Part shown: positions 36,691-45,994 of the stretch, piece by piece
Position numbering within the stretch: position 1 is the first letter of the stretch
Layout of the letters: every line of letters starts with the position of its first letter
Source: Cytophagaceae bacterium
GTDB taxonomy: Bacteria; Bacteroidota; Bacteroidia; Cytophagales; Spirosomataceae
Reading direction: 5' to 3'
Assembly (NCBI GenBank): GCA_947452215.1
Contig: CANGCD010000001.1
Location: 1-61,561 of the forward strand
Length of the DNA: 61,561 nt
Notes under the pieces: generated by a model
Databases searched by the model: none
Seen by the model: only the letters and a program-made list of their open reading frames with translations
What the model was told of the DNA's origin: nothing
Program-made: the position numbers and the translations under genes

Positions 36691-38136
36691 TTACATGGAA
36701 GGCTTTAGGTCCTCGAGCAAGAATGGCAAGCCTTTCGTCGCTGTAATTTTCAGATTCTTGAATGGCTCTGACGGAAAGTAAATCGTCGTTAACACAGACA
36801 ATCCCCCATCAGCAAAAAATTCTGCCGATGCCACATCTGTGATGAGGCTAAAGTCGATTGTATCTGACGTTGAAAATCTTGGGGCATAGGCTTTTCCCGC
36901 AAACTTATCGCTGAAACTAAGGTCTCCGGAGGCATTGCGGTCCACGAAATAGCGATTATTTGCTGCCTCGTATCCGATGATTACTTTTTCCCCTTTCGTA
37001 TTGGAAAGTGTGATGGAAAAGTCTTGCACAGACATCGTTCCCGTCAAGCGTTGAAGAGAAGACGCTGTTTTTATCGCGTTGTTCGACTTGATCGTTTTTG
37101 CAGATTTCACGTAGTTTGAAACAGCGGCAACGGGCGTCGACGCCAAAACATATTTTCCAGCAATATTGATCAATTTTAAGTCGCGCGCTAATGTATTTGC
37201 GCTCCTCCAAGAAGCTGTCGGTACGACTGTCGCATAATCCCAGTTGGACATCCACCCCATAAAAATCCGCTTATCACCCGTTTCGTGGAAAGTCACTCCA
37301 GCGTAATTATCACGCCCGTAATCGACCCAGCGGGTTTCTTCGTCTTGTGCGATAAATTGATGGCCATCAAAATCTCCGACAAAATACTGTGCACCGGAAC
37401 CACCATTGGGGGCTCCGGGATTTATATTCACGATTAGGACCCATTTGGTTTTGCCATCCATTTGCATCGGGAACATATCTGGACATTCCCATACTCCACC
37501 ATGTGCTCCAAATTTTGCTCCAAACTCACTTTCCTTTGACCAGTTCTTCAAGTCGGGCGAAGAATAAAATGTCTCACGATCTTGCGTCGCCAAGGCCATC
37601 ACCCACTTCTTTCCGGGTGCATACCAAGACACATTCGGATCGCGGAAATCGGCAACGCCTGGATTCTTGATGACTGGATTTCCTGCAAATTTGGTGAAGG
37701 TTTGGCCTCCATCTAAGCTGTAAGCAATGCTTTGGTTTTCGCGGTCGATCCGACCCGCTTTTTCCCAGTCCAAGTTATGACTCGTGTAAATGGCTACCAC
37801 AGGTGCTATCCCGTTTTTACCTAAGCCAGAGGTATTTTGATGATCAATCACGGCTGACCCAGAAAAAATCAATCCTAAACTATCTGGATATAGGGCGACC
37901 TGCTGATGTTCCCAATGCATCAAATCCTTACTTGTTGCATGGCCCCAATGCATGGGCCCCCAAACGGTACTTTCCGGATGATACTGATAGTATAAATGAT
38001 ACGTTCCGTTCGCATAAAACATCCCATTCGGGTCATTCATCCACATGGCCGGTGGTGTGAAATGCAATTGAGGGCGATGTTTTTCCTGCGCGAAAACGCC
38101 AAGGCTAATGAATAAAAAGAAGAGGGTGTTTTTCAT
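36691..38136 (-). CDS. Glycoside hydrolase family 32 (levanase/beta-fructosidase)
   Basis: WMNDPNG, WGHATS, FSGSA, FRDP, WECP. Confidence 0.94.
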   Translation of the reverse strand: MKNTLFFLFISLGVFAQEKHRPQLHFTPPAMWMNDPNGMFYANGTYHLYYQYHPESTVWGPMHWGHATSKDLMHWEHQQVALYPDSLGLIFSGSAVIDHQNTSGLGKNGIAPVVAIYTSHNLDWEKAGRIDRENQSIAYSLDGGQTFTKFAGNPVIKNPGVADFRDPNVSWYAPGKKWVMALATQDRETFYSSPDLKNWSKESEFGAKFGAHGGVWECPDMFPMQMDGKTKWVLIVNINPGAPNGGSGAQYFVGDFDGHQFIAQDEETRWVDYGRDNYAGVTFHETGDKRIFMGWMSNWDYATVVPTASWRSANTLARDLKLINIAGKYVLASTPVAAVSNYVKSAKTIKSNNAIKTASSLQRLTGTMSVQDFSITLSNTKGEKVIIGYEAANNRYFVDRNASGDLSFSDKFAGKAYAPRFSTSDTIDFSLITDVASAEFFADGGLSVLTTIYFPSEPFKNLKITATKGLPFLLEDLKPSM

Positions 38137-38142
38137 AAGGGC

Positions 38143-38173
38143 AAAAAAATGGGTGACCCATATGAGCCACCCA
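38143..38173 (-). terminator. Intrinsic terminator immediately upstream of the GH32 start
   Basis: Minus strand TGGGTGGCTC-ATAT-GGGTCACCCA-TTTTTTT. Confidence 0.7.
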
Positions 38174-38192
38174 ACAAAAATACGGTAATTCG

Positions 38193-39029
38193 TTACAAGT
38201 TCTTCAAAAACGTGATGCTTTGCGGAACAAAATCAAGTTCTTGATTACTTTCATCCTCGATGAAGCAATGCTCGATGCCATTTTTCTTCGCGAGTTTGAT
38301 GATTTCCTTCCAGTTTCCTTGGCCTGTTCCCACAGGAACATCATTTTCAGCTGGTGTGCCACCCGTTAAATTCCCTACCACACCTTTGCGTAAGTCTTTC
38401 ACGTGCATCAATTTCCAGCGGTTCGGGTATTTTTTTAATAATTTGACCGGCATGTCAGCGCCTCCGCCGTGCATCGTCCACAAGACATCCATTTCAAACG
38501 AAACGTAAGCCGGATTTGTATTTTTAATGATGTAGTCCATCAAGGTTCCATCTTCATAGGCATGGAATTCATAGCCATGGTCGTGGTAAGTAAATGTGAT
38601 TCCGTTTTCTTTGAAAACTTTGCCCGCACTGTTAAATAGTGCAACGGCTTTTTGTGCGTCTTCCAAGGTAAAATCGCTTCCCTTATGAGGAATCCAAGCA
38701 CACATAACAAATTTAGCACCTAAGGTTTTGGCCCGACGAACTGCTTCCAAAGGATTCGAAAGTTCATCGAAATTAACGCCTGTTGAGGGAATGCTTATGC
38801 CGCGTTCCGCACATAATTTTTTGAATTGTTCTTCGCTCATTCCTTTCGTAGCCCCTCCTTCTAATTCAGTAATTCCCATTTTCTGAATGATATCTAAGGT
38901 ATTTTCGGTGCTCTTTGGAAAGTGATTCCGGAAGGTATACGCTTGTACACCGATCGGGTAGGTATATAGTTTTTGAGCAAAAGCGGGGAGCGTCAACATG
39001 AACGCAAAAGCAAATAATGTCTGTTTCAT
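38193..39029 (-). CDS. Sugar phosphate isomerase/epimerase (xylose-isomerase-like TIM barrel), exported
   Basis: IGVQAYT, YHDHGYEF, FEMDVLW, HVKD, IEDE. Start set at MKQTLF. Confidence 0.85.
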   Translation of the reverse strand: MKQTLFAFAFMLTLPAFAQKLYTYPIGVQAYTFRNHFPKSTENTLDIIQKMGITELEGGATKGMSEEQFKKLCAERGISIPSTGVNFDELSNPLEAVRRAKTLGAKFVMCAWIPHKGSDFTLEDAQKAVALFNSAGKVFKENGITFTYHDHGYEFHAYEDGTLMDYIIKNTNPAYVSFEMDVLWTMHGGGADMPVKLLKKYPNRWKLMHVKDLRKGVVGNLTGGTPAENDVPVGTGQGNWKEIIKLAKKNGIEHCFIEDESNQELDFVPQSITFLKNL

Positions 39030-39090
39030 AATGGAATAGGTTTGTCTGTAAAAATGAAGGAATTTTCTGAAATATGCTAATTTTGTTGTC

Positions 39091-39651
39091 ATGGAAAAAC
39101 CTTACCACCGCGATCAAGTTTTTGAAAAAACGCTTTCACTTGCTTTAGGCGAATATGACGGCTGTACGTTTCGTAATTGCCAATTTGAGTCGGCAGATTT
39201 CAAGAACTTTCAATTTGTGGACTGTCGGTTCGAAGATTGCAACCTTAGTCTAATTAAATTAAGCGCGGCTTCCTTTCAAAAGGTTTATTTCCAAAGTTGC
39301 AAAATGCAAGGTCTTCGTTTCGAAGCTTGCAATCCTTTTCTGTTTGAAGTACAATTCAAAAATTGCATGCTGAATTTATCCTCATTTTATCAAGTAAATG
39401 GGAAAGGAACCTCCTTTAATTCCTGCTCTTTACAGGAAGTTGATTTTACTGAAGCCAATTTCAGTGAGGCGTCCTTTGAGGAATGTGATTTGGCAGGGGC
39501 CTTGTTCGACCGCAGCAATTTAGAAAAGGCGGATTTTCGAAATGCCTACAATTACCGGATTTCTCCCACAATCAATCGCCTAAAGAAGGCCAAATTTTCC
39601 CAAGATGGATTGGCTGGATTATTGAGCGACTTCGGAATTATCATCAGCTAA
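39091..39651 (+). CDS. Pentapeptide repeat protein
   Basis: Tandem (C/A)xF/Lxx pentapeptides across the protein. Confidence 0.9.
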   Translation: MEKPYHRDQVFEKTLSLALGEYDGCTFRNCQFESADFKNFQFVDCRFEDCNLSLIKLSAASFQKVYFQSCKMQGLRFEACNPFLFEVQFKNCMLNLSSFYQVNGKGTSFNSCSLQEVDFTEANFSEASFEECDLAGALFDRSNLEKADFRNAYNYRISPTINRLKKAKFSQDGLAGLLSDFGIIIS

Positions 39652-39741
39652 TTGATAATTTTTTCTTGGCTTATTTGAATTTGTTTTTTTCCCTTTAGCT
39701 TTGTAAAGCTCTGAGGATGAAAGCTGAAGAGAACTAAACCT

Positions 39742-40737
39742 ATGAAAAAACTAGTCTATACCTGCATCTTTTGCATGGCGTTTTTCGTTATGCATGCCCA
39801 AAAAATACAAACCGCTGGATTCATTTACGAATCCGCTCCCTTCCCCTCTTGTCATGCGTCCACATTGGTAGAAACCCCACAAGGCATTGCGGCAGCTTGG
39901 TTTGGTGGCACCCACGAAAAGCATCCAGACGTGGCAATTTGGTTAAGTTTTTTTCAAAACGGTAACTGGTCGAAGCCTGTAGAGGTGGCCAACGGTATCC
40001 AAGGAAATGGGAAACGTTACCCAACTTGGAATCCGGTCTTATTTCAAATGCCAGGCAAAGAACTTATTTTATTTTATAAAGTTGGCCCCGCCCCCGACGA
40101 ATGGTGGGGTGCTCTAAAGCGTTCTACGGATGGCGGGAAAAGCTGGTCGGCGGAAGAACTCCTTCCCAAAGACATATATGGGCCCATCAAGAACAAGCCA
40201 GAATTACTCGCGGATGGCACCTTAATTTGCCCATCGAGCTCCGAGGATCATGATTGGCGTTTACATATGGAATTCACGAAAGATGCGGGCAAAACTTGGA
40301 CAAGAACAGATGCGCTAAATGATGGCGTGACGACTTCTGCCATCCAGCCGAGCATTTTAAAATTACCTGGCGGGAAACTCCAATTGGTTTGTCGGTCTGA
40401 AAATGATTTCGTCTTGCAAAGCATCTCTGCCGATCAAGGAAAAACCTGGACGCCCTTAACACCGAGCACCCTCCTAAATCCGAATTCAGGAATCGACGCG
40501 GTTACCCTACAAGATGGCAGACACATTATCGTATACAATCATACCAAAAAAGGACGCAGTCCCTTGAATGTAGCCGTTTCGTCGGACGGACAAAATTGGC
40601 AAGACATTGCGATTTTGGAAAATGAGTCGGGTGGTGAATTCTCGTATCCGGCGGTTATTCAGGCAAAGGACGGCAAGATTCATATCACCTATACTTGGAA
40701 GCGAAAGAAAATCAAGCATGTCGTGATGACGCTTTAA
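39742..40737 (+). CDS. BNR/Asp-box sialidase-like exported protein
   Basis: CHASTL, WNPVLF, Asp boxes STDGGKSW, TKDAGKTW, SADQGKTW and SSDGQNW, SYPA. Confidence 0.85.
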   Translation: MKKLVYTCIFCMAFFVMHAQKIQTAGFIYESAPFPSCHASTLVETPQGIAAAWFGGTHEKHPDVAIWLSFFQNGNWSKPVEVANGIQGNGKRYPTWNPVLFQMPGKELILFYKVGPAPDEWWGALKRSTDGGKSWSAEELLPKDIYGPIKNKPELLADGTLICPSSSEDHDWRLHMEFTKDAGKTWTRTDALNDGVTTSAIQPSILKLPGGKLQLVCRSENDFVLQSISADQGKTWTPLTPSTLLNPNSGIDAVTLQDGRHIIVYNHTKKGRSPLNVAVSSDGQNWQDIAILENESGGEFSYPAVIQAKDGKIHITYTWKRKKIKHVVMTL

Positions 40738-40740
40738 CGA

Positions 40741-42240
40741 ATGACAAACCTGGATCTCCTTATTATTGGCATTTACCTCCTCAGCATGGTTGGGGTAGGC
40801 ATCTATTTTTCCAGGAAAAATCGGAGTTCAGAACAATTCACCACGGCATCCGGCCAAATACCGGGATGGGCCTTAGGCTTGAGCTTTTATGCTACTTTTC
40901 TGAGCGCAATCACCTTTTTGGGCGATCCCGGAAAGTCATTTGGAAGCAACTGGAATCCCTTCGTATTTAGTCTTTCCATTCCGTTAGCGGCCTTTGTCGC
41001 GAGTAAATTATTCGTGCCCTTCTACCGGAATGGTCAAGCGATCAGCGCCTATTCCCATTTAGAAGAACGCTTTGGGGCATGGGCCAGAACCTATGCGATG
41101 GTCTGTTTTATCATGACGCAACTCGCGCGCATGGGCACCATTTTTTACGGCTTGGCCTTAACCATCAATGCCTTGTCGGGAATTGAAATGCCAGTGATCA
41201 TTTTGATTTCGGGTGTCGTCATTATCTTTTACACTGTATTGGGTGGCATGGAAGCCGTTATCTGGACGGAAGTGATTCAGGCCATTTTAAAGACGCTGGG
41301 AGCTTTGATGATTTTGGGGATAATTTTAAACCAAGTGGATGTTTCGGAGATTTGGGCAATTGGACAGCGAGATGAGAAATTCAGTTTGGGGACCTTTAGG
41401 CCCGACTTCACCACAAGTTCATTCTGGGTGATATTAGTCTACGGTTTTTTCATCAATCTGACGAATTTCGGCGTTGATCAAAATTATATTCAGCGTTACC
41501 ACACGGCGAAAAACACGCAAGATGCGGTGAAAAGTATATGGCTATGCGTCTTATATTATGTCCCTGTTTCCTTTTTGTTTTTCTTGATTGGGACATCGCT
41601 CTACGTCTTTTATGAGATGAATCCAGGGTTCATTTTAGAACTCAAGCAACAGGTTTCGGTGGATAAAAATATCCCGTTGGCTTCGATGCAAGCCGCTGAT
41701 TATGCCGACCGCGTTCTTCCCTATTTCATGAAAACGCAAATTCCAAAAGGCTTACTAGGCCTTCTCCTTGCTGCACTTTTATCAGCCGGCATGAGCACCA
41801 TGAGTTCGGGCATGAATAGTTCGGCTACGGTATTTCTAAACGACATTTACCTGCGTTATATCCAAAAAGACCTGAACCCCAAAAAACAATTGCGCGTACT
41901 TCATATAGCCACAATCGTTATGGGTTGCCTTGGTATTATTTTTGGCATCAGCATGATCGGGGTTAAGAGTTTATTGGATGTTTGGTGGAAGCTTTCAGGC
42001 ATCTTCGCGGGTGGGATGTTAGGCATCTTTTTACTCGGATTTCTCGCGAAAAAAGTTTCCAATTCTGCGGCTAAAATCGCAGCGATCCTGGGTGTATTTG
42101 TTATTGCCTGGATGTCCTTTAAAGATAATTTCCCAGAGGCATTCCAAAGTCCCTTGGACAGCAAAATGACCGTTGTTGTGGGAACATTGACAATTGTAGG
42201 AACGGGGCTTTTGGCCCAACAAATCCTGAAAAAAAAATGA
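40741..42240 (+). CDS. Sodium:solute symporter (SiaT-like)
   Basis: LSAITFLG, SAYSHLEERFG, GGMEAVIWT, DQNYIQRY, many TM helices. Confidence 0.9.
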   Translation: MTNLDLLIIGIYLLSMVGVGIYFSRKNRSSEQFTTASGQIPGWALGLSFYATFLSAITFLGDPGKSFGSNWNPFVFSLSIPLAAFVASKLFVPFYRNGQAISAYSHLEERFGAWARTYAMVCFIMTQLARMGTIFYGLALTINALSGIEMPVIILISGVVIIFYTVLGGMEAVIWTEVIQAILKTLGALMILGIILNQVDVSEIWAIGQRDEKFSLGTFRPDFTTSSFWVILVYGFFINLTNFGVDQNYIQRYHTAKNTQDAVKSIWLCVLYYVPVSFLFFLIGTSLYVFYEMNPGFILELKQQVSVDKNIPLASMQAADYADRVLPYFMKTQIPKGLLGLLLAALLSAGMSTMSSGMNSSATVFLNDIYLRYIQKDLNPKKQLRVLHIATIVMGCLGIIFGISMIGVKSLLDVWWKLSGIFAGGMLGIFLLGFLAKKVSNSAAKIAAILGVFVIAWMSFKDNFPEAFQSPLDSKMTVVVGTLTIVGTGLLAQQILKKK

Positions 42241-43157
42241 CGCTACCACAAGGATTTATTCCCGTGATGTTGACACCTTTCACAACTGATTTACAGGTGG
42301 ATTATGCCTGTTTGCGGAAATTAACCGAATACTATTTGGAAGCAGGGGCCGTGGGTTTATTTGCGAATTGCCTCTCGAGTGAGATGTACGAATTAAGTGA
42401 TGCGGAGCGCCTAAACGTAATCGAGTGCGTAATAGATCAGGTGGCTGGCCGAGTGCCTGTGGTAGCCACGGGGACCTTTGGTGGAAACATATCCGAGATG
42501 GCTGAATTTTCCAAAAAAGTCTACAGCCTGGGGGTAGATGCGGTGATTATACTCAATAATCAATTTGTTTCTGTGGAAGAATCAGATGAGCAATTTCTGA
42601 CACGCATGCACGAATGGCTTGAGCTGACTCCTGGAATTCCCTTTGGCATTTATGAATGTCCCATCCCCTATAAACGCTTAGTTAGCCTATCCGTTTTAGA
42701 AAATCTATTAGCCACGGGACGATTATGTTACCATAAGGATACCTCCTTAATTCTGAATGATGTAAAAGCCAAGATTCAAGCAGGAAAAGAAAAGGTTTTT
42801 GGGGTCTATGACGCTTATATCGAACACGCAACCTCCTCCTTGCAAGTCGGGTCGAAAGGGCTATCGTGCATTCAAGGCAATTATTTCCCGGACCTTATTG
42901 TTGAGCTTTGCCGCAACCCTTCGCATAGCCAAGCTATCCAAGATTTCTTTTCAGACAATATGGAACTCATGCATGCCAACTATCCCACAAGTGCGAAGTA
43001 TGTGTTACAACAATTGGGCTTTCCGATTAACCTAGCTACGCGTCGAAAAGTAGGCGAACTAAGCTCAGAAATGATGAAGAATCTCGATGCCCTTATCGAA
43101 GCATATCGCGAACGATTTTCAGATGGTGTTCCGTATGAATCCACAAAAAACGTGTAG
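42237..43157 (+). CDS. Dihydrodipicolinate synthase/N-acetylneuraminate lyase family aldolase
   Basis: PVMLTPF, GRVPVVA, IYECP (Tyr), YHKDTS (Schiff-base Lys). Confidence 0.85.
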   Translation: MTLPQGFIPVMLTPFTTDLQVDYACLRKLTEYYLEAGAVGLFANCLSSEMYELSDAERLNVIECVIDQVAGRVPVVATGTFGGNISEMAEFSKKVYSLGVDAVIILNNQFVSVEESDEQFLTRMHEWLELTPGIPFGIYECPIPYKRLVSLSVLENLLATGRLCYHKDTSLILNDVKAKIQAGKEKVFGVYDAYIEHATSSLQVGSKGLSCIQGNYFPDLIVELCRNPSHSQAIQDFFSDNMELMHANYPTSAKYVLQQLGFPINLATRRKVGELSSEMMKNLDALIEAYRERFSDGVPYESTKNV

Positions 43158-43548
43158 TCAACCGTGTATTTAAATCCCCAAACATCGGATGCGTAAAATA
43201 GTGATTAGGGGATTGATTCAATAAATTCAAAATGCTCAAACTTGCTCGGTCTAAGGCTGCATCTAATTCTGATTTATCCAGATGACCTGGCATGGCCGAC
43301 TTCGGTGCTCGTGCCTTTCCTCGGGGTATTTTCTTGGTCAACAATATCGTCCACTTCACCAAGGAATGCTTGGGTTTATACGCACTCGGATTTGAAGCAG
43401 CTAATCCAGCCACAACACCATTGATAACGTGCAAATTATGTAACAAGTGCCAGCCAACAGACTCCGCTGAAATAATCGGATTTTTCACCTCCCATTTTTC
43501 CGACAATGTTTGCATTTCTTTCAGCTGGAGAGCTAGTTTATTGATCAT
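43093..43548 (-). CDS. DinB/DUF1569-like protein
   Basis: SVGWHLLH, HPMFGDL, HTEHHLK. Confidence 0.8.
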   Translation of the reverse strand: MINKLALQLKEMQTLSEKWEVKNPIISAESVGWHLLHNLHVINGVVAGLAASNPSAYKPKHSLVKWTILLTKKIPRGKARAPKSAMPGHLDKSELDAALDRASLSILNLLNQSPNHYFTHPMFGDLNTRLTTRFLWIHTEHHLKIVRDMLR

Positions 43549-44168
43549 AAGCGAACTTGGACAAAAAGTCCGTGATTGGTTTTATCAAACTTCATAGGAC
43601 CATAATAATCCAAATTGGATCCAAGACCTACCGTAAATTGTTTCACACTAATTCCTGCACGGAGACTATAGGCGCTGCGCGCATGGGATTCCAGCGTCAT
43701 GTCTTGGTTGTACATCGCTTGCAAACGCGTATACAAGCGCGTGTTTTTCCCAAGTGCTGGCTTAATTTCCAAAATCCCTACCGTCTCCAAATTCTTGTTG
43801 GGAAGCATATTAAAGGTAGGGAAAACAACCAATAAAAAATCAGGTCGAGCCTTCAAATATTGCAAGCCAATCGTGGGAACAAAACCCAATTTAAAATGCC
43901 ATTGAGCACCAGCTGCCACATGAAAATTATTTCCTAACGCATAGGTCACTGAATTATTCAAAACGATTTCGGTTTCGGACGGAGTGTTATTGTAATCAAC
44001 AGCGCCAACGGTCACATTGAAAAAATGGAAACGCCCTTTGGCGTCAATAGGACGATTCAGGATTAATAATAAGTTCGCGCGGTTATTTCCAAACATCACC
44101 TCAGCAGGAATGGGCGCTTGTGCTAGCGAAAGCAATGGGAACAGGCAAAGTACTAACAGTTTTTTCAT
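43545..44168 (-). CDS. Hypothetical exported protein, probable small outer-membrane beta-barrel
   Basis: Signal peptide MKKLLVLCL, alternating amphipathic beta strands, C-terminal GLFVQVRL. Confidence 0.6.
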   Translation of the reverse strand: MKKLLVLCLFPLLSLAQAPIPAEVMFGNNRANLLLILNRPIDAKGRFHFFNVTVGAVDYNNTPSETEIVLNNSVTYALGNNFHVAAGAQWHFKLGFVPTIGLQYLKARPDFLLVVFPTFNMLPNKNLETVGILEIKPALGKNTRLYTRLQAMYNQDMTLESHARSAYSLRAGISVKQFTVGLGSNLDYYGPMKFDKTNHGLFVQVRL

Positions 44169-44189
44169 GACCACAAAAATAAGCAAAAG

Positions 44190-45050
44190 CTAGTTGGCTA
44201 ACTTTCTTTGCGACCAAAAAGCAAAAATTGCCGCTGTAACAAACATGATCAAGCTATAAACCACTGCCGGAATGGTCATTGTTCCATTGTTCAAAATACT
44301 CAATGCAATGTAAATGGCTAGCGAACCATTGTGAATGCCCACCTCCATCGAAATGGCCACCGCCTGTTTAGGGGGAAGTCGGAAAAGTCTGGGAAGGAAA
44401 TAACCCACGAGCAAACACGCTAGGTTAAATGTCAACGCAGCACCTCCAACAGTACGAATATCACGAACTAGATGATCGATTTCTTTTAAGCCGGCAGCAA
44501 CAATTAATAAGGCTAAAAATACCCCCGAAATCAATTTGACCTTTCCTTCCATGCGCTGGGCAAAAGAAGGATATCGATACCGAATCCACATTCCTATACT
44601 GATGGGCGTAATAATCATCGCACAAACTTCCAATACTTTTTGAAATTGCATGGGCACATACGCCTCCGCTTGCATGAAATAGGCTAAAGACAAATTGACA
44701 ATCCAGGCAATCGAGAAGATTGATAATACACTGTTCAGCGCGGTCAAACTAACATTTAACGCGACGTCCCCTCCTGCCATGTGACTGTAAAGATTCGCTG
44801 AGGGTCCGCCGGGAGCCGCGGCTAATAACATGAGGCCGACAGCCAGGGCGGGTTCCAACTGGAAGAAATCCGCAATGAATAGACAGATCGCGGGTAGCAA
44901 GAGCATCTGAGTAATCAAGCCGATCAATACGGCTTTGGGGTATTCAAAAATACGTTTGAAATCTGCTGGCGTCAAGGATAAACCTAATCCGACCATGATA
45001 ATGGCAATCGCCATCGGCATGAGATAGATGGAGAGAAAACTTGCTTGCAT
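44190..45050 (-). CDS. Bile acid:sodium symporter family protein
   Basis: MVGLGLSL, PGGPSAN, GDVALNVSLT, EVGIHN. Confidence 0.9.
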   Translation of the reverse strand: MQASFLSIYLMPMAIAIIMVGLGLSLTPADFKRIFEYPKAVLIGLITQMLLLPAICLFIADFFQLEPALAVGLMLLAAAPGGPSANLYSHMAGGDVALNVSLTALNSVLSIFSIAWIVNLSLAYFMQAEAYVPMQFQKVLEVCAMIITPISIGMWIRYRYPSFAQRMEGKVKLISGVFLALLIVAAGLKEIDHLVRDIRTVGGAALTFNLACLLVGYFLPRLFRLPPKQAVAISMEVGIHNGSLAIYIALSILNNGTMTIPAVVYSLIMFVTAAIFAFWSQRKLAN

Positions 45051-45087
45051 CCGATAATTTTTAAACCTTGCTCAAAATATTCAAATT

Positions 45088-45966
45088 TTGCTTGTCATCC
45101 TAAAATTATTTGTCCGACTCGGCCTCTGGATCTTCTGTCCACAGGTTCATATCCGCAACAAAAGTCTCCTCGCAAAGCAAGGACCCTTGTTGGTGGTGGC
45201 AAATCACCCCGACTCCTTTTTGGACGCGGTCATTCTAGGTGCCTATTATCCGAGAAAAATGCATTTTTTGGCAAGAGGCGACGTTTTTCGGAAACCCTTA
45301 TTTGGCTTTTTGTTGCGCTCCATCGGCATGATTCCGATCCACCGGGCAAGAGAAGGCCGTGAACATTTGCATTTGAATGCGGGAACATTCGATGCATCCG
45401 TCGATATCTTAGCACAAGGCGGTGGCATCTTGATTTTCATCGAAGGTATATGCTTGTTGACCCACGAACTACAACCCTACAAAAAAGGCGCGACGCGCAT
45501 TTTAGAAGCAGCCCAACAGCGCGGTGTACAGCCAATGATTCATGTGGTGGGCATAGCTTACAACGATTTCAAGGCATTTGGCAAGATTGTGGAAATCCAT
45601 GTGGAAGAATTTGAACAAACGCCAGCACTTGAACATGCCAAACATCGCTTGGATTTTAATGCCGCGGTGTTCGAACAAATGAAGCGATTAATAAATGTGC
45701 CTACGAAGCGCATTCGTATCAAAAAAAGTCTATTCTATTACCTGAATTTGCCCTTCTACCGCTTGATGCAAAAAATTGTCGACCGAAAAACGCAGGGAAC
45801 GGTCTTTTATGATTCCGTTATTTTTGCGGTCTTATTATTCACCTATCCCATGTACTTACTGCTTTTAGGTGCGGGATTATGGCTCGTTGGCGTACCGATT
45901 TGGTATGTGGTATTCTTTGTAATTATGTTGCCCTTGGGCATTAAAATCCAAATGCGAACGACATAA
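45088..45966 (+). CDS. 1-acyl-sn-glycerol-3-phosphate acyltransferase family protein
   Basis: NHPDSFLD (HX4D), FIEG, KKGATR. Confidence 0.85.
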   Translation: MLVILKLFVRLGLWIFCPQVHIRNKSLLAKQGPLLVVANHPDSFLDAVILGAYYPRKMHFLARGDVFRKPLFGFLLRSIGMIPIHRAREGREHLHLNAGTFDASVDILAQGGGILIFIEGICLLTHELQPYKKGATRILEAAQQRGVQPMIHVVGIAYNDFKAFGKIVEIHVEEFEQTPALEHAKHRLDFNAAVFEQMKRLINVPTKRIRIKKSLFYYLNLPFYRLMQKIVDRKTQGTVFYDSVIFAVLLFTYPMYLLLLGAGLWLVGVPIWYVVFFVIMLPLGIKIQMRTT

Positions 45967-45992
45967 AAAAAGCCCCAGAATTCCGGGGCTTT
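45966..45992. terminator. Bidirectional intrinsic terminator
   Basis: AAAAAAGCCCC-AGAATTCC-GGGGCTTT between convergent genes. Confidence 0.72.
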
Positions 45993-45994
45993 GC

